This document shows, piece by piece, positions 17,468 to 25,609 of a stretch of DNA of 39,478 bases; the first letter of the stretch is position 1; each line of letters starts with the position of its first letter. Source of the stretch: Cyclobacteriaceae bacterium. GTDB taxonomy: Bacteria > Bacteroidota > Bacteroidia > Cytophagales > Cyclobacteriaceae. Both the position numbers and the translations under genes were made by a program. The DNA lies in assembly GCA_050305935.1 (NCBI GenBank), contig JBNLGG010000040.1:1-39478 (forward strand), given 5' to 3'. Under the pieces are notes generated by a model. The model was not told the DNA's origin, did not search any database, and saw only the letters and a list, made by a program, of their open reading frames with translations.

Positions 17468-19642
17468 ATGGCCAGGACAATCATCGTTTCAAACAGACTT
17501 CCTATTAGAATTTCCAAAAATGGTAACAAGCTGGTATATCAACCCAGTGAGGGTGGTCTCGCTACCGGGCTCGGCTCCATCTATAAAAAAGGAGACAACC
17601 TGTGGATAGGATGGCCGGGAATGTATGTGAATAAAAAGGATGAAAAAGAGGAAATCACCAAAAATCTCCGAAAGGAAAACATGGTGCCCATTTTTCTCTC
17701 GAAAAAGCTGATAAAAGATTTTTACGAAGGGTTTAGCAACGAGACTATCTGGCCCACTTATCACTATTTTTCCCAGTACGCAATTTATGATCATAAGAAT
17801 TTTGAGGCCTATGTGAAGGCTAATCAAGAGTTTTGCAATGAGCTTATCAAAATTGCCAAACCGGAAGACACGATCTGGATACACGACTATCAGTTGCTTT
17901 TACTCCCAAAAATGGTCCGGGAAAAATTAGAGGATGTGAGCATTGGTTTCTTCCAGCACATCCCTTTCCCATCCTATGAAGTATTCAGGATGCTCCCGTG
18001 GAGGAAGGAAATACTCTACGGGATGCTGGGTGCAGACCTGATAGGGTTTCATACCTATGATGACATGCGGCACTTCCTCTCCTCGGTCAGCAGGCTCGTG
18101 GGGATTACGAATAGCCGGGGACGAATAGAAAGGGATAAAAGGGTAATTGAGGTCGATGCGTTCCCTATGGGAATTGACTACGAAAAATATGCAAGCTCTG
18201 CTGCTTCACCGGAAACCATTGAAAAGGAAATACGCTATCGCACATCCCTTGGTGATCAAAAGCTGGTGCTCAGTATAGACCGGTTAGACTATTCCAAAGG
18301 TATTCCCCAGCGTCTCATGGCCTTCGAGATCTTCCTTCAGAAATACCCCGAATACCAGAATAAGGTATCATTGATTTTGATAGTGGTGCCATCCCGCGAC
18401 AACGTGGATCAATACCAGGAATTAAAAGAAGAGGTCGATTTGCTGGTGGGCAGGATCAATGGGCAATATGGCAAACTGAACTGGACACCCATTCACTATT
18501 TCTACAGGTCATTTCCTTTGGAAGCGCTATCTGCTTTCTATCGTATGGCTCACGTGGCGCTCGTAACCCCGATGCGAGATGGGATGAACCTTGTCTGTAA
18601 GGAATATATTGCAAGCCGATTGGATCAAAAAGGGGTGTTGATATTGAGCGAAATGGCCGGTGCATCCAAAGAACTATCTGATGCGATCCTTATCAACCCC
18701 AATAATGTAAACAGAATCGTTACTGCCATCCACGATGCGCTCATCATGCCCGAAGACGAGCAGATCAAGAGGATAAGCGTCATGCAGGATACTTTAAAAA
18801 GATATAATATCCATCATTGGGTAAATATATTCATGGAGCGCCTGCAACTGATCATCGAAGAAAAAAATTCGCTTGCTACCCGTAGTCTCGACAAGGATAG
18901 CACAAAAGAATTGATTTCAGCTTTCAAAAAGTCAAAAAACAGGTTGATCTTCCTTGATTATGATGGGACACTCATGGGTTTTAGTCCTAATCCCCAATCC
19001 GTCAAACCTGACAAAGAATTGATGCAAATTCTCGTGAAGTTGACTAAAATAAAAAGCAACCGGGTAGTGATCATAAGCGGAAGGGACAAAAATACGTTGA
19101 ACTCCTGGGTGGGTGATTTGCCTCTTGATATCATCGCCGAACATGGCGTGTGGCTCAGGGAACGCGGGAACCATTGGCACACCATTGAAGCTTTGGACAG
19201 CAACTGGAAGGAAGAGCTTCGTTCCTTGCTTGAGGTGTATGTTGACAGAACGCCTGGTTCATTCATCGAGGAAAAAGACTATTCTCTTGTTTGGCACTAT
19301 CGAAGAGTAGAACAAGGATTGGGAGAATTAAGGACCCGGGAATTAAGCAGCCACCTGAAGTATCTTTCGACTAATAAAAATCTCCAGGTACTGGAAGGCG
19401 ATATGGTGGTGGAAATCAAAAGTTCCGCTGTCAATAAAGGAAGGGCAGCTATCAAGTGGTTACACGAATTCCCGCACGATTTTACACTTGCCATTGGTGA
19501 TGACTGGACAGACGAAGACACCTTCAGGGTTATGCCGGATAATTCATTTACCATTAAAGTTGGAGGAACCACCAGCGTGGCGAAATACAATTTACCCGGT
19601 GTAAAAGAAGTTCGCGTTCTTCTTAAAAAATTGCTCGAATAG
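17468..19642 (+). CDS. otsA: bifunctional trehalose-6-phosphate synthase / trehalose-6-phosphate phosphatase (OtsA-OtsB fusion)
   Basis: N-terminal GT20 domain (IIVSNRLP, GGLATGL, HDYQL) and C-terminal HAD phosphatase (LDYDGTL…GDD). Start placed at MARTIIVSNRLP. Confidence 0.85.
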   Translation: MARTIIVSNRLPIRISKNGNKLVYQPSEGGLATGLGSIYKKGDNLWIGWPGMYVNKKDEKEEITKNLRKENMVPIFLSKKLIKDFYEGFSNETIWPTYHYFSQYAIYDHKNFEAYVKANQEFCNELIKIAKPEDTIWIHDYQLLLLPKMVREKLEDVSIGFFQHIPFPSYEVFRMLPWRKEILYGMLGADLIGFHTYDDMRHFLSSVSRLVGITNSRGRIERDKRVIEVDAFPMGIDYEKYASSAASPETIEKEIRYRTSLGDQKLVLSIDRLDYSKGIPQRLMAFEIFLQKYPEYQNKVSLILIVVPSRDNVDQYQELKEEVDLLVGRINGQYGKLNWTPIHYFYRSFPLEALSAFYRMAHVALVTPMRDGMNLVCKEYIASRLDQKGVLILSEMAGASKELSDAILINPNNVNRIVTAIHDALIMPEDEQIKRISVMQDTLKRYNIHHWVNIFMERLQLIIEEKNSLATRSLDKDSTKELISAFKKSKNRLIFLDYDGTLMGFSPNPQSVKPDKELMQILVKLTKIKSNRVVIISGRDKNTLNSWVGDLPLDIIAEHGVWLRERGNHWHTIEALDSNWKEELRSLLEVYVDRTPGSFIEEKDYSLVWHYRRVEQGLGELRTRELSSHLKYLSTNKNLQVLEGDMVVEIKSSAVNKGRAAIKWLHEFPHDFTLAIGDDWTDEDTFRVMPDNSFTIKVGGTTSVAKYNLPGVKEVRVLLKKLLE

Positions 19643-19725
19643 TTTTTTAAATTAATCCGAGCTTTGATTTCCAACCAGTTTTCTCAGTCATAGTATGCCT
19701 TTATTTCCAATTAAAATCACTACCG

Positions 19726-22002
19726 ATGAAGTCAACTTTCGCTAACAGTTTAGGTATTTATTCTCTTCTTACTTTTTTGATTTTTGCCGGTTGTTCCAAA
19801 AACACATCGACTACTGTAACCGATCCAATTGAAAGAAAGATAGACAGTGTTTTGGTAAAAATGACCCTGGAGGAAAAAATTGGCCAAACCAACCAACGAG
19901 GTACGTCCAGCCGGGTAAAAGGAGCTCTTTCGGAAGAACTTAAAGCGGCGGTGAGATCGGGAAAAATCGGCTCCATGCTGAATGTGATGAACAAGGACTA
20001 TGTGGAAGAGCTGCAGCGAATTGCTGTGGAAGAGAGCCCTAATGGGATTCCCCTCATTTTTGGAAGGGATGTCATTCATGGATTCAAAACGATCTTTCCA
20101 ATCCCGCTTGGTATCGCCGCCACATGGAATCCCCAGGCCGCAGAAAATGGAGCCCGGGTTTCTGCCATTGAAGCATCTACCAATGGCATTCGCTGGACTT
20201 TTGCCCCGATGATGGATATTTCCAGCGATGCCCGATGGGGAAGAATTGCCGAGTCTGCAGGGGAAGATCCATACCTTACCTCCATCATGGCAAAAGCATA
20301 TGTAAGAGGATTCCAGGGAGACGATCTCTCTGACCCAATGAGTATTGCGGCCTGTGCGAAACATTTTGCTGCCTATGGTGCGGCGGAAGGCGGCCGGGAC
20401 TACAACACGGCTTCAATGCATGAGCAAATGCTACGCGATGTGTATTTAAAACCATTTCACGCTGCCGTTGAAGAAGGAGTCGCCACATTTATGACCTCAT
20501 TTAATGATGTGAATGGAGTACCGGCATCAGGCAATCCATTCCTGCTGAAACAGGTGCTTCGCGACGAATGGGACTTTGATGGATTTGTGGTGAGCGACTG
20601 GAACAGCATCACGGAAATGATCGCACATGGCTATTGCCAGGATCCGAAAGAAGCCGCGATGAAAGCAGCCAATGCAGGCCTTGATATGGAAATGATGAGT
20701 ACCTCATACGAAAGTCATCTAAAAGAGCTCATTGACGAAGGCAAGTTTACCGAGGCACAATTGGATGAAATGGTGAAAAATATTCTGCGATTAAAGTTTC
20801 GCCTGGGACTGTTTGAAAATCCCGGATTTGATCGTGACCGGGATGAACAGGTGCTCAGCAAGGAGCATAAAGATCTGGCAAAACAAGCTGCTGTGGAAAG
20901 CTTAGTACTGCTTAAAAATGAAGGTGTCTTACCATTATCCAAAGACATCAAAAAAGTAGCTGTCATTGGCCCGCTGTCTGATGCGCCACATGATCAATTG
21001 GGCACCTGGACATTTGATGGTGAGCAGGAAACTACCATAACACCGCTTAACTACCTTCGGGATTTTCTTGGTAGTGATAAAGTAATTTACTCTCCCGGGT
21101 TGAGCTACAGCCGGGATAAGAGCAAGTTGGCATTTAACAGTGCTATTAGTGCTGCGAGATCGAGCGATATCGTATTGTTTTTTGCTGGTGAAGAAGCGAT
21201 CCTTTCCGGAGAAGCACATTCCAGGGCAGACATCAGTCTTCCGGGTGCGCAGGAAGAATTAATCAGGGAAATTAGCAAAATCGGAAAAAAAATAGTGCTT
21301 GTGATCATGGCGGGAAGGCCGATTGCGATCACCAATATTACTGACGAAGTCGACGCAGTGATGATGGCCTGGCATCCCGGAACCATGGGTGGCCCGGCAA
21401 TAATTGATGTGTTATTTGGCGAGGCATCGCCCTCTGGCAGATTGCCATCTACCTGGCCAAAATCTGGCGAGCAATCCCCCATTTATTACAATCATACCAA
21501 TACGGGAAGGCCCGCCAGCGAAGAATCCTTTGTGCAGATAGATGATATCCCCATCGGCGCCTGGCAGAGCTCTTTGGGTAATAATTCCCATTACCTGGAT
21601 CTTGGATTTACTCCACATTTTCCTTTTGGATTTGGTCTGACCTATACCACTTTCGAATACAAAAACCTAAAACTGTCAGCATCAGAAATACCGGTCGATG
21701 GAACGCTCGAAGCTTCCGTTGAAATCACAAATACTGGTAAACGACCTGGTGTGGAAACGGTACAATTGTATGTGCGAGATGTAACCGCCAGCCTGGTGCG
21801 GCCCATTCGCGAGCTGAAAGCTTTCGAAAAGGTTGACCTACAGCCCGGCGAAACCAAAACTGTCGGCTTCACCTTGAGCACCGATGACCTGAAATTCCAC
21901 AACCAGGAAATGAAATACGTGGTAGAACCAGGACTATTCCACTTGTTCATAGCGCCAAATGCCCAGGAAGGACTACAAACGGAGTTTATGGTGAAACAAT
22001 GA
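19726..22002 (+). CDS. bglX: glycoside hydrolase family 3 beta-glucosidase lipoprotein
   Basis: Lipobox FAGCS. GH3 motifs (GRDVIHG, KHF…GGRDYN, VVSDW) and a C-terminal fibronectin-like domain. Confidence 0.85.
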   Translation: MKSTFANSLGIYSLLTFLIFAGCSKNTSTTVTDPIERKIDSVLVKMTLEEKIGQTNQRGTSSRVKGALSEELKAAVRSGKIGSMLNVMNKDYVEELQRIAVEESPNGIPLIFGRDVIHGFKTIFPIPLGIAATWNPQAAENGARVSAIEASTNGIRWTFAPMMDISSDARWGRIAESAGEDPYLTSIMAKAYVRGFQGDDLSDPMSIAACAKHFAAYGAAEGGRDYNTASMHEQMLRDVYLKPFHAAVEEGVATFMTSFNDVNGVPASGNPFLLKQVLRDEWDFDGFVVSDWNSITEMIAHGYCQDPKEAAMKAANAGLDMEMMSTSYESHLKELIDEGKFTEAQLDEMVKNILRLKFRLGLFENPGFDRDRDEQVLSKEHKDLAKQAAVESLVLLKNEGVLPLSKDIKKVAVIGPLSDAPHDQLGTWTFDGEQETTITPLNYLRDFLGSDKVIYSPGLSYSRDKSKLAFNSAISAARSSDIVLFFAGEEAILSGEAHSRADISLPGAQEELIREISKIGKKIVLVIMAGRPIAITNITDEVDAVMMAWHPGTMGGPAIIDVLFGEASPSGRLPSTWPKSGEQSPIYYNHTNTGRPASEESFVQIDDIPIGAWQSSLGNNSHYLDLGFTPHFPFGFGLTYTTFEYKNLKLSASEIPVDGTLEASVEITNTGKRPGVETVQLYVRDVTASLVRPIRELKAFEKVDLQPGETKTVGFTLSTDDLKFHNQEMKYVVEPGLFHLFIAPNAQEGLQTEFMVKQ

Positions 22003-22044
22003 ACTTAGGTATGGTCTAGACCAAGGGGATTATTATCGGGCGGT

Positions 22045-22064
22045 GGTCTGTCAGGGGACAGACC
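22045..22064. repeat. REP-like palindrome GGTCTGTC-AGGG-GACAGACC, copy 1; a mini-palindrome GGTCTAGACC sits at 22013-22022
   Basis: Perfect 8-bp arms followed by an AGGGAGGCGG tail. Located after the bglX stop. Confidence 0.7.
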
Positions 22065-22095
22065 AGGGAGGCGGATAATCATGTAAATTTATAAA

Positions 22096-22872
22096 ATGAA
22101 AAAAATAGCACTATACTGTATTGTTGTCGTTGTTGCCCTAATCGGAATTTATAAATATGTAAAGTTTAATAATGACACGAAGGCATTAGATAAAGCGATC
22201 GTGTCAAACATCTTTTCAAAACCAATTGAAATTTATTTTTATCTAAATAATAAATTCCCCGAATCTTTTGATGACATAGAACCTTACATAACTGATATTC
22301 AATCATCAAGCCTTGATGACTTTACATTTTACTTAACGTCAAAACAAGATGGAAGCATTTATATATATGAGGATGGTTTTAATAACCAGATAAATGAAAG
22401 TGAAACTTATAATTATTCTAAGGATCATTATAACTTTCGTAATTACTTGTTCAATATGAAGGGGGATTTTTTAATCTATCAAAAAGAATGTAGCAGAGAT
22501 AAGTTTATCGATGAATTGAAGAGTTTTATACTTTTATTTGAAGATGAAATAACACAAGAAAAGGAAGTTATAAGTTGCCTTAAAGATGAATTACTCTCAG
22601 TTAAAACTTTATATTTTAAAAGAAAATTCAACATTGAAATTTTAGATAGTGTGTTTTTACTTCCAAATGCCTATAAAACCATAATCACTATGGATAAAAA
22701 TGATATTATAGATTTAAAAGGCAATTATAATAATGAAACTAAGGACTTATTAGAAAATCATTTAAAAAAATGTTTAGACGATGGTTATAAAGTAATCCTT
22801 CCTGTTAATTTACCTATAAAACGAGACGAATTTATCTATACACTATCCAACCCCGACTTGCGCAAGCATTAG
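22096..22872 (+). CDS. AT-rich orphan protein with an N-terminal membrane anchor; probably horizontally acquired
   Basis: 258 aa. Base composition is visibly much more AT-rich than neighbouring genes. N-terminal TM helix; N/K/I/Y-rich; no recognisable domain. Confidence 0.55.
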   Translation: MKKIALYCIVVVVALIGIYKYVKFNNDTKALDKAIVSNIFSKPIEIYFYLNNKFPESFDDIEPYITDIQSSSLDDFTFYLTSKQDGSIYIYEDGFNNQINESETYNYSKDHYNFRNYLFNMKGDFLIYQKECSRDKFIDELKSFILLFEDEITQEKEVISCLKDELLSVKTLYFKRKFNIEILDSVFLLPNAYKTIITMDKNDIIDLKGNYNNETKDLLENHLKKCLDDGYKVILPVNLPIKRDEFIYTLSNPDLRKH

Positions 22873-22892
22873 TCCCCCCCACTTGCAAGTAT

Positions 22893-23183
22893 CCGAAGGG
22901 TGAGGGAAATTCGTACGTGGTAACATTCGGCAGTAAAAGGTTATACATCGGCGGAGATACCGAAAACACACCTGAAATGAAAGCTTTAAAAGACATTGAT
23001 ATTGCTTTTCTTCCCATGAACCTCCCCTATACCATGACACCCGAAATGGTCGCCGATGCGATCAGGGCTTTCCAACCAAAAGTATTATACCCCTACCATT
23101 ACGGGAGCACCGATCCGCAATTGCTGGTAGATCTGCTAAAAGACGAAGACAACATTGAAGTAATCATCAGAGACATGCCCTGA
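22893..23183 (+). pseudogene. 5'-truncated remnant (C-terminal ~95 aa) of an MBL-fold metallo-hydrolase gene
   Basis: GEGNSYVVTFGSKRLYIGGDTENTPEMK…KVLYPYHYG resembles the C-terminal third of an MBL-fold hydrolase. There is no N-terminal half or HxHxDH motif. The frame runs upstream into the AT-rich insert. Confidence 0.5.
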
Positions 23184-23286
23184 TTATTCATTCCCGCAAG
23201 GTTTCATTCCAATCTTATTCCCTATATTTGCCCCTTTAATTGACCTGGCTGCCTTGTATATTTGGGCGAGCATGGAACTCTGAGAT

Positions 23287-23955
23287 ATGGATGAAACTAC
23301 AAAGACCAAGAAAATCTGGACAGATTTTCATTATAACATTTTAAGCGGAAAAGGAATCGATATTGGCTGCGGGCCAGATCCGGTAAAGAAAGATGTGAAG
23401 CCCTTTGACATGGAGGATGGCGATGCCAATGTTATCACACAATATGTGAAAGACACTTTTGATTTTGTGTATTCATCCCATTGCCTGGAGCATATGTTCG
23501 AGCCCCGCAAAGCCCTGGCAGAATGGTGGCAATTAGTGAAACCGGGTGGGCATTTATTTTTCCTGGTTCCCGATGAAGACCTGTACGAGCAGGGAATTTT
23601 TCCTAGCAGATTTAATCCGGATCACAAGGCAACATTTACCATCAGTAAAGAAAAAAGCTGGTCGCCGGTATCGCATAATGTGCTTGATCTCGCCAATGAA
23701 CTGCCCGGATCAGAGATTGTTGAAATCAAGCAACATGACTACAAATATGACCGACGGAAATTGATCCACGGTCCTATTATGAAACATTCGTTTTTTGGGT
23801 TGATTCCATTCAAAATTTTCTACTACATGTTTAAACCAATCATTCCTTCGTTTGCAAAATGGATCGAAAGGAAAGCATGGAAGCTGTACGTGAAAGACCA
23901 AACACGAAATAATGAAACGCTGGCCCAGATCCAATGCATCGTAAAAAAGAAGTGA
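23287..23955 (+). CDS. class I SAM-dependent methyltransferase (Methyltransf_11-like)
   Basis: Motif I GIDIGCGPD, FDFVYSSHCLEHM and post-II LVKPGG. Confidence 0.75.
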   Translation: MDETTKTKKIWTDFHYNILSGKGIDIGCGPDPVKKDVKPFDMEDGDANVITQYVKDTFDFVYSSHCLEHMFEPRKALAEWWQLVKPGGHLFFLVPDEDLYEQGIFPSRFNPDHKATFTISKEKSWSPVSHNVLDLANELPGSEIVEIKQHDYKYDRRKLIHGPIMKHSFFGLIPFKIFYYMFKPIIPSFAKWIERKAWKLYVKDQTRNNETLAQIQCIVKKK

Positions 23956-23977
23956 TGACGTAAGGTGATTGCTTTAT

Positions 23978-24133
23978 GTTCTGTCGTGTTTTGTCAGGGG
24001 ACAGAACAGAGGAGTAGGTGATTGTTTTTGGGTACGGTCGGGGACGGAATCGTAAATCGGTCGTTTTGGACTGTCAAGGGACAGTCCAGGGAGTTGGGAG
24101 TTGGTCGTTTAGAGGTCTGTCAGGGGACAGACC
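23978..24133. repeat. array of three REP-like palindromes (copies 2-4) between the convergent MTase and GT9 genes
   Basis: GTTTTGTC-AGGG-GACAGAAC (23988-24007, with an extra GTTCTGTC at 23978), GGACTGTC-AAGG-GACAGTCC (24068-87) and GGTCTGTC-AGGG-GACAGACC (24114-33). Each is followed by a purine-rich (A/T)GGAG…GG tail. Spacing is irregular. Confidence 0.7.
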
Positions 24134-24151
24134 TTGGAGGGCGGGGATATC

Positions 24152-25045
24152 TTACCAATTTTTTGCATTATTCAATAACGAGTCAATTGCCGAGATCACC
24201 TTTTCAGAGGAATGTATACAGCACGGAGGAGTTCCCTTCTGTCCTACGATCTGACATGCCGTAGTGCCTGGTTTGTTTTTGATCGCATAAAAATCAGGAT
24301 TGTGATAGCATCCGCTGAACTCGCAATCATTCTGTATGACAACGACATCCTTTAAATCAGGGTGACGGAGGAGTGGACTTACCGCCCCAAAGAAAACGAC
24401 GGAAGGCCGGTGAAACGCAATGGCCAGATGGGAAGGAAAGGAATCATTTCCAATAAACAAATCACTTGCTGCCATCACCGCTTTAAGATCGCGAATACTC
24501 AGACCTCCTACCTTTTCCCCTTTTTTGTCATACAGACAATTATTTTCAATTTTATAAACATTGAGATTCTCTTGGATTAAATGGCCAATTACTTCCTGCC
24601 AATCCACCCCATAAATCTGTCGGTAATTGAGATCAGAATTGGTTTCCGTATGAATCAAAACATAAGGTTTTTGCAATTTTTCTGAAAGAGCCGTTGGTAC
24701 TGAATGTAATTGGGGCCTCTTTGGTTCAAAACCTTTTAAATTCAGGATTTTTGCATAGGCTTCCTGCACAGGTAGCTGGGGAAATTTCTCATAATTCAGG
24801 CGGTGGATTTTGTGAAAGGTCTTTCGAATAAGTTGTTTTATGTAAGGCTTTTTAGTTGTAATCGTAAGCTTATCAGAATGAAGCCCGTCGAACAATTCAA
24901 CACACGGCTCCGATGTAATGAACACCACCTTCTCACCCCTCTTCACCAGGAAATCCAGGATGGGCGCTACCATGACCACATCCCCTAGCGCTTTTGTCCT
25001 TTGAATGTATAGACTCAATTCACCTTCGGTTTTTACTACCCGCAA
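24152..25045 (-). CDS. glycosyltransferase family 9 (heptosyltransferase-like)
   Basis: TTG start. N-terminal …ALGDVVMVAPIL and C-terminal DLFIGNDSFPSHLAIAF motifs of the GT9/RfaF family. Confidence 0.75.
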   Translation of the reverse strand: MRVVKTEGELSLYIQRTKALGDVVMVAPILDFLVKRGEKVVFITSEPCVELFDGLHSDKLTITTKKPYIKQLIRKTFHKIHRLNYEKFPQLPVQEAYAKILNLKGFEPKRPQLHSVPTALSEKLQKPYVLIHTETNSDLNYRQIYGVDWQEVIGHLIQENLNVYKIENNCLYDKKGEKVGGLSIRDLKAVMAASDLFIGNDSFPSHLAIAFHRPSVVFFGAVSPLLRHPDLKDVVVIQNDCEFSGCYHNPDFYAIKNKPGTTACQIVGQKGTPPCCIHSSEKVISAIDSLLNNAKNW

Positions 25046-25081
25046 TAATAGGGATAAAAAATAAGATCAAAGCGGAATTGC

Positions 25082-25254
25082 AATGGGAGATGGGGAATAC
25101 TTTATTTTTCTATTTTTACCGCCGCTCAAAAGGTGCTGCTTTTTTTACAAAAACACTAAAACTATGTGAGGCAACACCCGGGCCGCTTGGCATATTGTCT
25201 CCTTACCATTCCCTTCGACTCATCAAATCGATATCCTCTAAATGCGTTGGCCTG
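25082..25254 (+). repeat. direct repeat block copy 1: element A (25082-25120) immediately followed by element B (25121-25254)
   Basis: A is AATGGGAGATGGGGAATACTTTATTTTTCTATTTTTACC. B is a ~134-bp unit, about 90% identical to 25412-25547. Confidence 0.7.
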
Positions 25255-25411
25255 TGGGCGAACCAATCGCTCGGCTCCAGCCGGGTGATCAATATGTTTG
25301 AACCTTTGAGCTTGAATCCTTGGAGCTGCAAATGAATCCCTCCTCATAACCCGGCCAGAGGCCTATAACATAGTCGTCACTCGGCTGCAGCTGAGCGACT
25401 GGGGGCTTCTC

Positions 25412-25587
25412 GACGCTCAAAAGCGTGCTGCTTTTTTTACAAAAACACTAAAACAATATGAGGCAACACCCGGGCCGCTCGGCTCATTGTCTCCTTACCA
25501 TTCCCTTCGACTTATCAAATCGATATCCTCTAAATGCGTTTGCCCTGAAATGGAGATGGGAAATACTTTATTTTTCTATTTTTACCC
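25412..25587 (+). repeat. direct repeat block copy 2: element B' (25412-25547) followed by element A' (25548-25587), 23 nt upstream of the GT11-like start
   Basis: Same units as copy 1 in the order B then A. B' begins with a weak hairpin ACGCTcaaaAGCGT plus a T7 run. Confidence 0.7.
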
Positions 25588-25609
25588 AAATTTTTAAAAA
25601 AACGAAAGA

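Noticed and set aside
19750-21950. Multiple antisense/alternate-frame ORFs of 60-200 aa inside bglX (and similar ones inside otsAB, mpl, dnaB, the flotillin gene)
   Set aside because: They are shadow ORFs of long, well-supported genes, with low-complexity translations.
22081-22086. One-codon ORF (ATG TAA) preceded by an AGGGAGG Shine-Dalgarno-like tail of the REP element, 10 nt upstream of the AT-rich gene start
   Set aside because: Too short to evaluate. The AGGGAGG belongs to the conserved tail of every REP copy, so the SD resemblance is probably incidental.
23978-24133. Possible CRISPR array (three similar repeats in a row)
   Set aside because: The repeats are self-palindromic over their whole length, the spacing is irregular (76 and 48 bp) and the units are only ~20 bp. 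A fourth copy sits 2 kb away after bglX, and there are no cas genes. This is REP/BIME-like, not CRISPR.
24994-25347. Track ORFs 24994..25335(+) and 25162..25347(-) inside the A/B repeat region
   Set aside because: They exist in only one of the two repeat copies; the other copy has stops in every frame. The repeat is therefore non-coding.
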